From positions 5,873-69,872 of the forward strand of contig CASIBX010000005.1 of assembly GCA_949373075.1 (NCBI GenBank): a stretch of DNA of 64,000 nt. The letters run 5' to 3'. Every line of letters starts with the position of its first letter. Within the stretch, counting starts at the first letter, position 1. Source of the stretch: Candidatus Poseidoniaceae archaeon (GTDB lineage: Archaea; Thermoplasmatota; Poseidoniia; Poseidoniales; Poseidoniaceae). The notes below the pieces were generated by a model. That model was not told the origin of the DNA, did not search any database, and saw only the letters and a program-made list of their open reading frames with translations. The position numbers were made by a program, and so were the translations under genes. Positions 18,082 to 28,076 of this stretch are shown here, one piece after another.

Positions 18082-19401
18082 TCAACTCGATGCTTTGGCT
18101 AAGGCTTCCGCAACTTTTGGCATATCCGATTCTGAAAGTGCGCACAATCCAATACGTACTCCACCGGTTAACGGAACTAAATAGACGTCCATCTCTGCAC
18201 ATGACTCGGCAAAAGTTTCAGGATCCTCAGTTTCAATCCAAGCAAAGAATCCGTCCATTGTTGGATTTAAATCGACATTCAGTTTTTTGCATTCGACTTT
18301 GAGGTTGTTTCTTCGGTCATCAAGAAGTTTCTTCAAGCGATCTCTTTCTTCTCCCCAAGCAATACCGCCTTCTTCTGTGGAATGCATCTCACTAACACAA
18401 TACTGTGCTACACGAGGAGCAGCACTCCATGTTTGACGGCCAGTCACACTCATCACTGTACTGATTCTGTCAATTACTTCCTTTTCGGGATGAATACTGA
18501 CAAGGGCTCCAGTTCTGAGCCCGTAAATTGTATGAGATTTTGAAAGAGAGATTGCAATGCATATCAAAAGATTCTCTGGCCATGGCATTCCGGAATTTAG
18601 TGCATCCAGGATAGTATCTGCCCAAGCATGAGGTTCCTCTGCATATAGAGAATAAGCAGAGTCTATCAGAAGTGTATGTCCGATTTCCGCATTATTTAAT
18701 GCTGAAGTTACAAACGATGAAAGGCATGCTGCGCGCCCCTCCACCCCTAGTGACAGTCCGGTAGGGTTGTGTGCAGGGTCATTGAGCCAAACCATGATTT
18801 TATCTTGCTTGGAACATAGTTGGTCAAGTTGGTCCTCAAACTCATCAGCCGCAAAATAGGGATGCACAGCATGACCGTTTGGAGGCAATAATGGCCAAGT
18901 CACAAAATCGATTCCATTATTCTCGAGGAATCCTTTGTATGGGCCCCAATGTCTATCTCGAAGCAGAGCAGTTTGGCCGCGTTCTAGTAAATTATTTGCT
19001 GCCAAGTACAGAGCACCGCTGCCACCAGGTGTTGCAGTAGATGCTAAGTGGAACCCAGATTCTTCAAAGATGGATCTCGCATCTCCAAGTGCTAATGTTT
19101 TCGATAAATCAAGGAAAGCAGGGAGGCCTGCTAAAGGAGCGTATGCAGCTATCTCAACTTCAGGTGCTACTCTAACCGCAGCATCAACAGCTTTGTTGAT
19201 TGCCAGATTACCATCATCTTCAAGCAATGCACCGATGGTTCCGTTAACTGCATCCCTACCTTCGGCCTTCGCACTTTGGTACCTAGCCCACCAACTGAAG
19301 ATGGTGTCACTACCTTGCTTAGCGATGCCAGCAGCGTTCAACATATGCTCTCCAGCCATATATCTCGCACCATGTTGGAGGATATTGTACTGCCGACGCA
19401 T
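18082..19401 (-). CDS. aspC: Aspartate/aromatic aminotransferase (class I, AspC-like)
   Basis: Collinear with the AspC subgroup: TPGGSGALYLAA, NDPAHNPTG, IDSAYSLY, SLSKSHTIYGLRTG (PLP lysine) and VRIGLCAL. Confidence 0.85.
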   Translation of the reverse strand: MRRQYNILQHGARYMAGEHMLNAAGIAKQGSDTIFSWWARYQSAKAEGRDAVNGTIGALLEDDGNLAINKAVDAAVRVAPEVEIAAYAPLAGLPAFLDLSKTLALGDARSIFEESGFHLASTATPGGSGALYLAANNLLERGQTALLRDRHWGPYKGFLENNGIDFVTWPLLPPNGHAVHPYFAADEFEDQLDQLCSKQDKIMVWLNDPAHNPTGLSLGVEGRAACLSSFVTSALNNAEIGHTLLIDSAYSLYAEEPHAWADTILDALNSGMPWPENLLICIAISLSKSHTIYGLRTGALVSIHPEKEVIDRISTVMSVTGRQTWSAAPRVAQYCVSEMHSTEEGGIAWGEERDRLKKLLDDRRNNLKVECKKLNVDLNPTMDGFFAWIETEDPETFAESCAEMDVYLVPLTGGVRIGLCALSESDMPKVAEALAKASS

Positions 19402-19432
19402 TCATCAATAGAATGTGGCTCGGCCGGTATGC

Positions 19433-19508
19433 GCCAACGTAGCATAGCTGGTAGTGCTTCGGATTTGTAATCCGACGGTCGGGGGTTCGAGTCCCTCCGT
19501 TGGCTCCA
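19433..19508 (+). tRNA. tRNA-Thr (anticodon TGT), genomically encoded CCA
   Basis: Hand-folded cloverleaf. Acceptor GCCAACG/CGTTGGC. D arm GCAT-AGCTGGTA-GTGC. Anticodon arm TCGGA-TTTGTAA-TCCGA. Variable loop CGGTC. T arm GGGGG-TTCGAGT-CCCTC. Discriminator T, then CCA. Confidence 0.9.
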
Positions 19509-19636
19509 TTAGTTCTAGTGCATTTGCCATTCAGTATGCGCTTTTTGTAATCGCTAAATTATTTAGCATTCGAAAATAGTTGTAAAATGATTTACTTTGC
19601 CAAGGTATTCAAGACCTATTTCTTCCACGACGGGGC

Positions 19637-21097
19637 ATGGCGGAGTTAACCAATCCCGAAAGGCGCATGCTCCGCACCTTACAAAACGACAATAAAAAAT
19701 GGACATTGGACGAGGTTTTGGTTGCCTGTGAGTGGGATGACCAAGCGATTGCTGTTGCAGCAGGTCATGGTTTGACAAACCAAGGATTTCTAAAGACTCA
19801 CGAGACAAGTAATAGAGACGTCATACTTGGAAGCGAAGGCGAAAAGGCAGCCGTTGACGGGCTCCTTGAATCTCGGCTATGGCAATTTATCCAATCAAAC
19901 CCCGATTCTACAATGAAAGATTTATCTGCAAACTTTGAGAAACATGAGGCAGGACCAGGAATCGGCTTGCTCAAAGGATTAGGAGTCACCATACAAGGTG
20001 GGAAATTTGCAACAGATAATCCAAGTTCTGTCTCAAGCAAAATCGAAGAGAGAACTGAATATATTCTATCTCCTTCAATAGACCATGAGTTATTTGAACA
20101 TTTTAAAGGCCGGAAAAAACTGATTGAAGTTGTCGAATTAGTTTCTAGAACATGGACAGTCACTGAAAATGGCAATAGTATAACTTCTGAAGATTTAGAA
20201 GAAGTGGTTAAGGTTGCAGAGATAACTCCCGAATTGCTTCAAAGTGATGATTGGAAAGAGGCACAATTCCGTCCATATGATGTATCACTAGAAGCGTCTA
20301 TGCCACGTTCAGGCAGAAGCCACCCAATGCAGGCATTGATAGAGAGAATCCGCTCTATATTTTTGGAGATGGGATTCTCAGAATTGGTTGATGATTATGT
20401 TCAAACCGCTGGTTGGAACATGGACTCATTATTTATCCCACAAGACCATCCTGCAAGAGAAATGCAGGATACTTTCTATCTTGATGAACCAAAGAAGATT
20501 ACACTTGACCCGAAATTATTAGCGGATTGGAAAGCAATTCATGAATATGGAGGAGACACTGAATCTACAGGATGGGGTGGACAATTTAGCGAAGATATTT
20601 CTCAAAAAGGATTACTTCGCACCCACACTACAGTAAACACAATCCAGTATTTGGCACAAAATCCTACTGACCCATGCAGAGTATTTGCAATCGACAGAGT
20701 ATTCCGTAAGGAAAGCATAGATAGAACGCACTTGCCTGAATTCCATCAAATCGAAGGGATTATCATGGAACCTGGAGCGAACCTTGGGATGCTAGTTAGC
20801 ACTTTGAAAACATTCTATGCCAAAATGGGTTATCCTGAAGTCAGAGTTAGGCCGGCTTATTTCCCTTACACAGAGCCTTCGCTTGAGGTTGAAGTCAAGT
20901 GGCGAGGTAAATGGTTAGAACTTGGTGGAGCGGGTATTTTCCGACCTGAAGTAACTGAGCCGTTAGGAATTAAGGACCCTGTATGTGCATGGGGTATGGG
21001 GTTAGAAAGGCTAGCAATGCTAGTTTTGGGATTAGATGACATCAGGCAATTGTACATCTCAGATTTAGAGTGGCTACGCAATCAACCAATCTTGTGA
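19637..21097 (+). CDS. pheS: Phenylalanine--tRNA ligase alpha subunit, archaeal/eukaryotic type
   Basis: 486 aa with a long N-terminal extension. Class II core motifs: HPAREMQDTFY, LLRTHTT, FRKESIDRTHLPEFHQIEG and GMGLERL. Confidence 0.9.
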   Translation: MAELTNPERRMLRTLQNDNKKWTLDEVLVACEWDDQAIAVAAGHGLTNQGFLKTHETSNRDVILGSEGEKAAVDGLLESRLWQFIQSNPDSTMKDLSANFEKHEAGPGIGLLKGLGVTIQGGKFATDNPSSVSSKIEERTEYILSPSIDHELFEHFKGRKKLIEVVELVSRTWTVTENGNSITSEDLEEVVKVAEITPELLQSDDWKEAQFRPYDVSLEASMPRSGRSHPMQALIERIRSIFLEMGFSELVDDYVQTAGWNMDSLFIPQDHPAREMQDTFYLDEPKKITLDPKLLADWKAIHEYGGDTESTGWGGQFSEDISQKGLLRTHTTVNTIQYLAQNPTDPCRVFAIDRVFRKESIDRTHLPEFHQIEGIIMEPGANLGMLVSTLKTFYAKMGYPEVRVRPAYFPYTEPSLEVEVKWRGKWLELGGAGIFRPEVTEPLGIKDPVCAWGMGLERLAMLVLGLDDIRQLYISDLEWLRNQPIL

Positions 21098-21101
21098 TCA
21101 T

Positions 21102-21749
21102 ATGGACATTGATTCGATTAACAAACATAGCCCTTGGTGGGCTAGAATAATTGCAATAGTGTTTGGATTCATTGTCTTAGGCTCTATTGTCAATGTATTC
21201 TATTTAGAGTATTTTGGGATTGCAGGCATCAATCATTACTCCTTTGATAATGAGCCTGAAAACCCAGGAGATTACCCCCTTAACGGGACAGACGATGAAC
21301 AAAGAAATTACAATTGGTCACTTCAAGAATGGGAAGATTATCTTTCATATCAATCGATGGTTCAGGATTTAGAAGAATCCAATGTCAAAGAAATTTCACA
21401 AGCTTTTGCGGCTCTATCCATCATGATAGGAATACCTGCTATCGCAATGTTTTGGACACAAAATGAAAAAATGCTTCATTTTGGAATTGCATTTGGTACT
21501 GTTAAAGTCGTGGGGGATGTTTTGACTGCCTACATTTCATCGGGAATTGTTGCAAAATATATGGAGAGTTTCCCCGGAGGAGGGGATTATTCTTGGATTG
21601 CAAAAACTTCAGTCTTCTCATCAGCATGCTGTGGATTGTTTTTCATTGGTCTTGCAGTAGTTCTGTCCAATATGTATCATTCATCTAAAGAAATACCAGA
21701 TAGTGGATTTCACCTAAAAGTTAATTTGATTTCAAACTCCGAGGAATAG
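21102..21749 (+). CDS. Hypothetical membrane protein
   Basis: 215-aa ORF with 4 hydrophobic helices and an acidic loop. The start is 4 nt after the pheS stop. No family recognised. Confidence 0.5.
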   Translation: MDIDSINKHSPWWARIIAIVFGFIVLGSIVNVFYLEYFGIAGINHYSFDNEPENPGDYPLNGTDDEQRNYNWSLQEWEDYLSYQSMVQDLEESNVKEISQAFAALSIMIGIPAIAMFWTQNEKMLHFGIAFGTVKVVGDVLTAYISSGIVAKYMESFPGGGDYSWIAKTSVFSSACCGLFFIGLAVVLSNMYHSSKEIPDSGFHLKVNLISNSEE

Positions 21750-21750
21750 C

Positions 21751-22080
21751 ATGGAGACAATAATGACATCCAACACTGAGACGATTCCCGGATTCACGAT
21801 TAACCAATCTTTGGGGATTGTAACCGGTTCAACCGTACGTGCCAAGCACATAGGGAAAGATATCCTCGCGGGTCTAAAAAACATCGTAGGTGGAGAACTA
21901 AAAGCATATACTGAGTTGCTTATGGAAGCCCGTACTGAAGCGCTAGGACGAATGATGATGGATGCTTCACAGCGTGGTGCAAATGCTGTCGTTAATGTCA
22001 GATTCGCCACGAGCAGTGTAGCAGGCGGAGCTGCAGAATTATTTGCATATGGAACCGGCGTAGTTGTCACACAAGGGTGA
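21751..22080 (+). CDS. YbjQ/UPF0145 family protein
   Basis: Full-length family pattern: GIVTGSTVRAKHIGKDILAGLKNIVGGELKAYTELLMEARTEALGRMMMDASQRGANAVVNVRF...AYGTGVV. Confidence 0.8.
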   Translation: METIMTSNTETIPGFTINQSLGIVTGSTVRAKHIGKDILAGLKNIVGGELKAYTELLMEARTEALGRMMMDASQRGANAVVNVRFATSSVAGGAAELFAYGTGVVVTQG

Positions 22081-22606
22081 TCTCTTGACAACTGGTGAGA
22101 TTGGTGAATTGATTGGTCTTGTGGCCATCGCTGTAACTGTATTTTTGTTCATAGCATTCCCTACTCTGGCGTTTATTTATTCAATGATTTTTGCAAGATT
22201 TCATCAAGACAAATACCAGAAGCAACTTTTAACTCGTGAAAAACTTGTTATGCAGCAGTTAGGAAAAGACAACCTGAGCACACTTTCTAAGCCAGTACCT
22301 GAGCGTAAAATCAATCAAACTGGATTAGTTATGTCCAACATTACGGTTTCACCATCTTGGTGGCAATTATTCCTAGGTTCTATTCGGTCTATTTTCGGAG
22401 GAAATATCGTCTCTTTCGATAAAGTTCTGGCTTACGGACGTAATGAAGTAATGCAGAGGCTGCGTGAACAGGCTATTGGCGATGGCTGGGAAGAAGTTGT
22501 CAATGTAAGAGTTGAGACATCTATGGTCATGAACAAAGTCAGGGGTGGCAAACAAAACAAGATGGGCACCCTCGAGTTCCTTGCATATGGAACCGGAATA
22601 CGCTGA
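22064..22606 (+). CDS. Membrane-anchored YbjQ/UPF0145-like protein
   Basis: An N-terminal helix, then a divergent YbjQ domain (GGNIVSFDKVLAYGRNEVMQRLREQAIGDGWEEVVNVRVETS...LAYGTGI). The start is uncertain, with in-frame TTG candidates at 22064 and 22085. Confidence 0.6.
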   Translation: MSHKGDLLTTGEIGELIGLVAIAVTVFLFIAFPTLAFIYSMIFARFHQDKYQKQLLTREKLVMQQLGKDNLSTLSKPVPERKINQTGLVMSNITVSPSWWQLFLGSIRSIFGGNIVSFDKVLAYGRNEVMQRLREQAIGDGWEEVVNVRVETSMVMNKVRGGKQNKMGTLEFLAYGTGIR

Positions 22607-22660
22607 AATAAGGAGATTACATAGAGAGTGCTTTAGTGCTCGATGCTCCGAGAATGTAAC

Positions 22661-24100
22661 ATGAGAAGAACTCGCGTTGTTGCCACTGTCGGCCCATCTT
22701 CGTGGGACTCTGATAATTTGAGTGCATTATTTGATGCAGGTGCGGATGTATTTCGGCTAAATTATTCACATGGAGAACCGGAACACAAAACTGAACTCTA
22801 TGAAAAAATACGTTCACTCGAAACTAGTGAAAGAACCACTTGTATACTTGCAGATTTACCTGGACCAAAACTTAGGTTAGGCGAATTTGATGGCGTTAGA
22901 TTACTCAGAAACGGAGATATTGTTCGACTGATTTGTGGTAAAACCAGCTATGATGGTCCAGAACTACCAGTCGAGTATGATGGCCTTTCTGCCGAGTTGA
23001 AGGTAGGTGATGCTATTCTTTTAGCGGACGGATTAATTCGCTTGTCAGTAAAAGAAACCAGTGGAGTTCGCGCATCTTTTGTCGATTGTTTGGTAGAAGA
23101 TGGAGGTCCCTTAACAAGTCGCAAAGGAATTAATGTCCCTGGAACTACAATCGATTTACCTGCTATCGGTCCCAAAGATGAGAAAGCATTGGCGCATGCT
23201 ATTGAGGCGGGAGCGGACTGGATTGCAGTATCCTATGTTCGAACTGCTGAAGATATTCGCCCCGCTAAAGATGCGGTAAGAGCAGCCGGTCTGCACACTC
23301 CGATTATTGCCAAAATCGAGCACCCATCTGCATTGAAGAATCTCCATTCGATATTAGAGGCTGCAGATGGAGTCATGGTTGCCAGAGGAGATTTGGGTGT
23401 TGAAATCCCTCTAGAGTTGGTACCTCTAGCTCAACAGAATATTATTGATGCTGGTTTGATGAGAGGAATGATTGTCATAGTCGCTACTCAAATGTTAGAG
23501 TCTATGACATTGAACCCCCGCCCAACCAGGGCCGAAGTTAGCGATGTTTCAACAGCTATTCGCCAAGGTGGAACCGCTGTAATGTTGTCTGGAGAGACTG
23601 CATCAGGCGAACATCCAATCAAGGCAGTAGAGACGATGGTACGTATTGCCAAAGCGACCGAAGATGGGTTGGCCAATTCTGGAGGGACACCTGGTGCTCT
23701 TTCGAAATTCCGTTCAACACGAGCAGTTGCTCACGCAGGGGTTGAACTTGCAAGAACATCGGGTGCAAGACACATATTGGTCGCTACTCAACATGGCAAT
23801 GCCCCTAGGTTAGTTTCAGGCTACAGGCCAGATATGGTAGTTACCGCAGTTACTGACCGAATAAGAGCCGCAAGGAGAATGAACTTGCTCCCCGGAGTTA
23901 AATCTGTAATGGTAGATGAGTATGAGAGAGGTTCTCAAACTATGCAGGAAGCCATTCGCATACTTGCAGCGGAAGGTTCGATAAAATCGGGAGAGAGAAT
24001 CGTTGCCATATCTGGCTCACCATTAGCGATGCGTGGCGCTACTAGCACTATTCGACTTTACAGATTAGAGCCCGATGGGACAATATCTGGTACAGAGTGA
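22661..24100 (+). CDS. pyk: Pyruvate kinase
   Basis: MRRTRVVATVGPSS, FRLNYSHG, KIEHPSAL, MVARGDLGVEIP and ATQMLESM motifs. The track ORF starts 6 codons earlier, at 22643. Confidence 0.9.
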   Translation: MRRTRVVATVGPSSWDSDNLSALFDAGADVFRLNYSHGEPEHKTELYEKIRSLETSERTTCILADLPGPKLRLGEFDGVRLLRNGDIVRLICGKTSYDGPELPVEYDGLSAELKVGDAILLADGLIRLSVKETSGVRASFVDCLVEDGGPLTSRKGINVPGTTIDLPAIGPKDEKALAHAIEAGADWIAVSYVRTAEDIRPAKDAVRAAGLHTPIIAKIEHPSALKNLHSILEAADGVMVARGDLGVEIPLELVPLAQQNIIDAGLMRGMIVIVATQMLESMTLNPRPTRAEVSDVSTAIRQGGTAVMLSGETASGEHPIKAVETMVRIAKATEDGLANSGGTPGALSKFRSTRAVAHAGVELARTSGARHILVATQHGNAPRLVSGYRPDMVVTAVTDRIRAARRMNLLPGVKSVMVDEYERGSQTMQEAIRILAAEGSIKSGERIVAISGSPLAMRGATSTIRLYRLEPDGTISGTE

Positions 24101-24138
24101 GATTGTAGCCCTTTTTTCTGCGCAAGGTTCAATGCTGA

Positions 24139-27093
24139 ATGGTTCTCTCGAGAATCATGGGTATCAAGCCAATTAACTTGACAATGGTAATCGCCGGCTT
24201 CATAATGGTCACTTTGAACTTAGCAGTTTTGGGACCGATGGCGACAAGTGCCGTACCAGATGCGGTACGTGATGCGGTTGCAACAAAAGTGAAAGACGAC
24301 ATCTGTAATGATGTAATGTGCAGAGATGTCAATGAGGATTGGACAGAATCTACTAGTCAGAGAGATTTCTATGCTTGGCACATAACCAATGTTGATGATG
24401 TAATAGCGAATTACACCGAACCAGAATATGAGATGGTTGGGCCTGTAACTTATGATGTCACTCTGAAAAGAGTAGTAGATAATTACGATATCAAGAACGG
24501 ATTGCTAACTTACAAACAAACTACTTCCTATGCATGTGCAGAAAACACTGAAGTTCCTTGTTCTACTGAAATTTCACAACTTAATATTGCCTTCACCCCA
24601 CAAGTTGTAGGAGCTACAGGAACTGCTATTGATGCAGTGATGGGAATCACGAAAGTTGGATTCGCAAAAGGGGTAATCGACATTCATTTCAAGCAGGTTT
24701 CAGCTGCACATAATGTTTCAGACTACAATTCATACAATGTTGAAACTCTACAACAGGTAGAAGGAAACTACCCGGGAGCAGTAGTAGATACCGACTTAGG
24801 AAATACTGCAGAGTCATATTTCCTCGATGGTATGTTTGATCTGGTGGATGAAGCATACGGAGATGCTTTCCTCGATGATGACACAAAAACATATCTCGGT
24901 GAAGGCGGAGTAATGCCACAATGGGCAGAAGGTACTTGGAACGACAACGGAAATGGAATTCTCGATAAAGATGAACAATGGATTTACGATGGAAATGGCC
25001 AATACTTTAGCGGCGATGAGAACAACAATTCGATTGAAGATTATTATGGCGAGATTGACAGTTTTGAGCCTCTTCTAGATTTAGAATATGCATTTAATCA
25101 TGCAATTGGACCAGATGGTGAGAATATTTCGCTCTACAACTACATGGGACCTCTAGTTTATGCTGCAATGGGAGAGCCAGAGAGTATTGAAGAAATTCAA
25201 GCAGACCCTGAGAATTCAGTTACACTTGAGCGTGCTGAACTTTGGAACTTCACCCACCCTAGTGACCTAAACATTACACTCGCACGTGATTGGACTCTCT
25301 ATGGTGGAATGGGTAAGTTGATGCTCGACAATGGGGCTGGCGATGACGATTATCTAACCAATGATGATGAAGATTCTATCGACTTTTCACAGCGGTTTGA
25401 ATGGCTAATGGATTTAGAAATTGACAATGAGGTTGCTAGAACATTATTGACTCTTGGAGATGGAACTGATGAACCATTAGGGATTCTAGCGGTTAGTGAA
25501 TCAGGAACATCATTTGGCCTAGCGGAATTCCTTGACATGTCCCGAGATGAAGCCAAAGCAACTTATGGAATAAACAATAATCAACACACTCAACTGAAAC
25601 AATTTTGTGGAGATTGGGTTGATGATGTATCCGCCCTACCTCTAATCTTAGTCGGCGGTGAAGGTTACATCACTGCCTCAGAGTTTGTTAACCAGACATT
25701 CGGCTCGATAAACCCAATCGATGACACATACATGGAATATTCATTGAATGCTGGCGGAATGTGGGGTAGCGGTATACTTGGCTTCCCAGAAGGCGATATC
25801 GTTGACTTAACTCAAGAGGAAAGTGCGAACATGTTGTATGGTGAATATGGGTTGACTACTGCAGAAGGAGCAGGAATTTTCCTTTATGGAGAACTTAGTG
25901 GAAAGAGCATCCCAATCAACTTCACCACTGGAGAAAGTGCAGATGCAATTGAATGGAATAACAAAACTGTGGCAGACATATATGGTATTGACGAAAACGC
26001 AGCGGGTGCTGCAAGACTATTGATGATGGAAGTCATTTTCAAGAACTTCGTACCAGACTTCCTAATCGATTCATTTGGAACTTCCCGCTACCTTACTCAA
26101 CCAATGAATAATTGGATTTTGGGCTGGCATGACCCAGTTAATGCGTACTTAGAGAGCGACGACTCTGAGGACATGACTGTTGGATGGACTAGTCTTGAAG
26201 CCAATGAGACATTCTATGGCTCTGACCAATATGTCGAGGGAGGGATCTCGACAGGAGAGCCAGGTACAATCACAATTTGTACCGGGGAAACAGACCAGTG
26301 CGATAAGGGTGAAACCGTAAGAGTAGGAGATAGCGATTACATTAGTTGGAAATCCCTTGAAAAAGAGATTGCCACATACGGATTAATCACGGCTGAAAAA
26401 CAGCAAGACACGATTGGCGGATTCATTACAGGAGATGGCGATTTAATCGACCTATCAGGATATGGTACTGTTGATGTTGTTTGTGATAAGAAAGGAACCC
26501 TGAAAGGAATACCTGTCGATGTATGTTCAGCATCGATGGACCCTCTTACAAGTCCAATCCAAGCTAAGTTGGTCAACAAGGGAGATTTACTTGATGCAAC
26601 ACCAGGAGCACTTCCTGTATACTTCGGTAGCGTTGTTGAATTACAGGCTGAACAACTCAGTGGAGTGGTACTCGCCGGTAATTCTGAATCTACATTCTGG
26701 CTAGACACCAGACCTATTTGGGAGCAACAAACACAACCTACAGTGGCAGACATGCAACAAGTTTTCGTTATCAAATCAGAAGCGATGGTAGATGATGAAA
26801 CCGCTGAGGCATTGGAGTCATCTATTGTTACCAATCAGGACTCTTTGACCTATTGGACTAATTTTGATACAGACGGATCTGCATTCTACATTGACCAAGT
26901 TACAGCGGTATTCTACGTATTAGGATTGATATTCTTACTCGCAGGGGTAACTATGATTTTCATGTCAAGAGATAAAAATGAAACTACAGAATCGAAATGG
27001 GATGAGGATTTGACACAGCCTGAGACGATGACACCGGAACCTGAGATTGAGGAAGCCAATACAGAGGATTCTGCAGAAGAAATTAACGAATAG
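24139..27093 (+). CDS. Large acidic two-pass membrane protein with CD36/LIMP-2/SR-B-like ectodomain motifs
   Basis: Hydrophobic helices at both termini (about 24184-24243 and about 26905-26965), which is the CD36 topology. [32 protein letters not shown] (24364-24459) compares with [13 protein letters not shown]...[24 protein letters not shown] (26113-26151) compares with LLWGYKDEIL. The CDS is solid but the family call is tentative. Confidence 0.45.
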   Translation: [984 protein letters not shown]

Positions 27094-27098
27094 AGTTC

Positions 27099-27126
27099 GA
27101 TATTAAAGTGATATCACTACGATATC
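27099..27126. promoter_or_regulatory. Three GATAT(T/C) direct repeats phased exactly 11 bp apart, upstream of the SPFH operon
   Basis: GATAT starts at 27099, 27110 and 27121. The middle copy lies within the palindrome TGATATCA. An AATAAATA TATA-like element follows at 27127-27134, 22 nt before the ATG at 27156. Confidence 0.25.
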
Positions 27127-27155
27127 AATAAATACGAGATGGGTGTGGCCAAAAC

Positions 27156-28076
27156 ATGCAGCCAGCGGCCGTAACAATACCTGCGCAATCAGCAATGCCA
27201 CCAAATGAGCCACAATTCAAAGATAAAGAAGCGAATTCAATCAATGGATTCGTGGGTTTGCTAATCCATTTAGGACTTAGCGTTTTCAATTTAGCACTTT
27301 TAGCAACTGGCCCTGGAGCATTTCTACTAATCATCACCGGGCCAATCTGGCTGGTAATGTGGAATTCTTATGTAATCGTCAATCCAAATGAAGCAGCTGT
27401 TTTACAATTTTTTGGGAAATACAAAGCCACACTCAAGACTGAAGGTTTCAGGTTTTTCTTGAATCCATTGTACCAAAAAACGAAGATGTCATTCAAGATT
27501 AACAACTTTGAATCCAGTAAGCTAAAAGTGAACGATGTCAATGCCAACCCAATCGACATTGCAGCAGTAGTTGTATGGCGGGTTTATGATGCGGCGGAGG
27601 CTATGTTCGAAGTAGAGAATTATGGACACTATGTCCAAATTCAAAGTGAAGCAGCACTTCGTGAAATGGCTACAAAGCACCCATACGATGCTATCGAAGA
27701 GAAGGATATCGGAGGAATCACACTCTCAAGTCACCAAGATGTAATCGCTAAGGAACTCCAAAAGTCAGTTGAGGCTCGCCTGGCACGTGCTGGTATCCAA
27801 GTTCTTGAAGCAAGAATCAGTTACCTCGCATATTCTACTGAAATCGCACAGGCAATGCTACGCCGTCAACAAGCAAGTGCTGTTGTAGCAGCACGACACG
27901 AGATCGTTGCTGGTGCAGTTGGAATGGTCGAATTGGCCCTTAATCAACTGAGTAGCAAAGGTATTATTGATCTCGATGAAGACAAGAAAGCAACAATGGT
28001 CAGTAACCTACTAGTTGTCCTTTGTTCTGAATCCGACACAACACCTGTAGTAAACACAGGAACTCTATACCAGTGA
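27156..28076 (+). CDS. SPFH/band-7 (stomatin/prohibitin-like) domain protein
   Basis: An N-terminal helix pair, then the SPFH pattern: VIVNPNEAAVLQFFGKY...NPIDIAAVVVWRV...EAALREM...GIQVLEARISYLAYSTEIAQAMLRRQQA. Confidence 0.8.
   Translation: MQPAAVTIPAQSAMPPNEPQFKDKEANSINGFVGLLIHLGLSVFNLALLATGPGAFLLIITGPIWLVMWNSYVIVNPNEAAVLQFFGKYKATLKTEGFRFFLNPLYQKTKMSFKINNFESSKLKVNDVNANPIDIAAVVVWRVYDAAEAMFEVENYGHYVQIQSEAALREMATKHPYDAIEEKDIGGITLSSHQDVIAKELQKSVEARLARAGIQVLEARISYLAYSTEIAQAMLRRQQASAVVAARHEIVAGAVGMVELALNQLSSKGIIDLDEDKKATMVSNLLVVLCSESDTTPVVNTGTLYQ

Noticed and set aside
18935-19411. 158-aa + strand ORF
   Set aside because: It lies entirely antisense to the well-supported AspC-like aminotransferase, and its Ala/Ser/Pro-rich translation is typical of a shadow frame.
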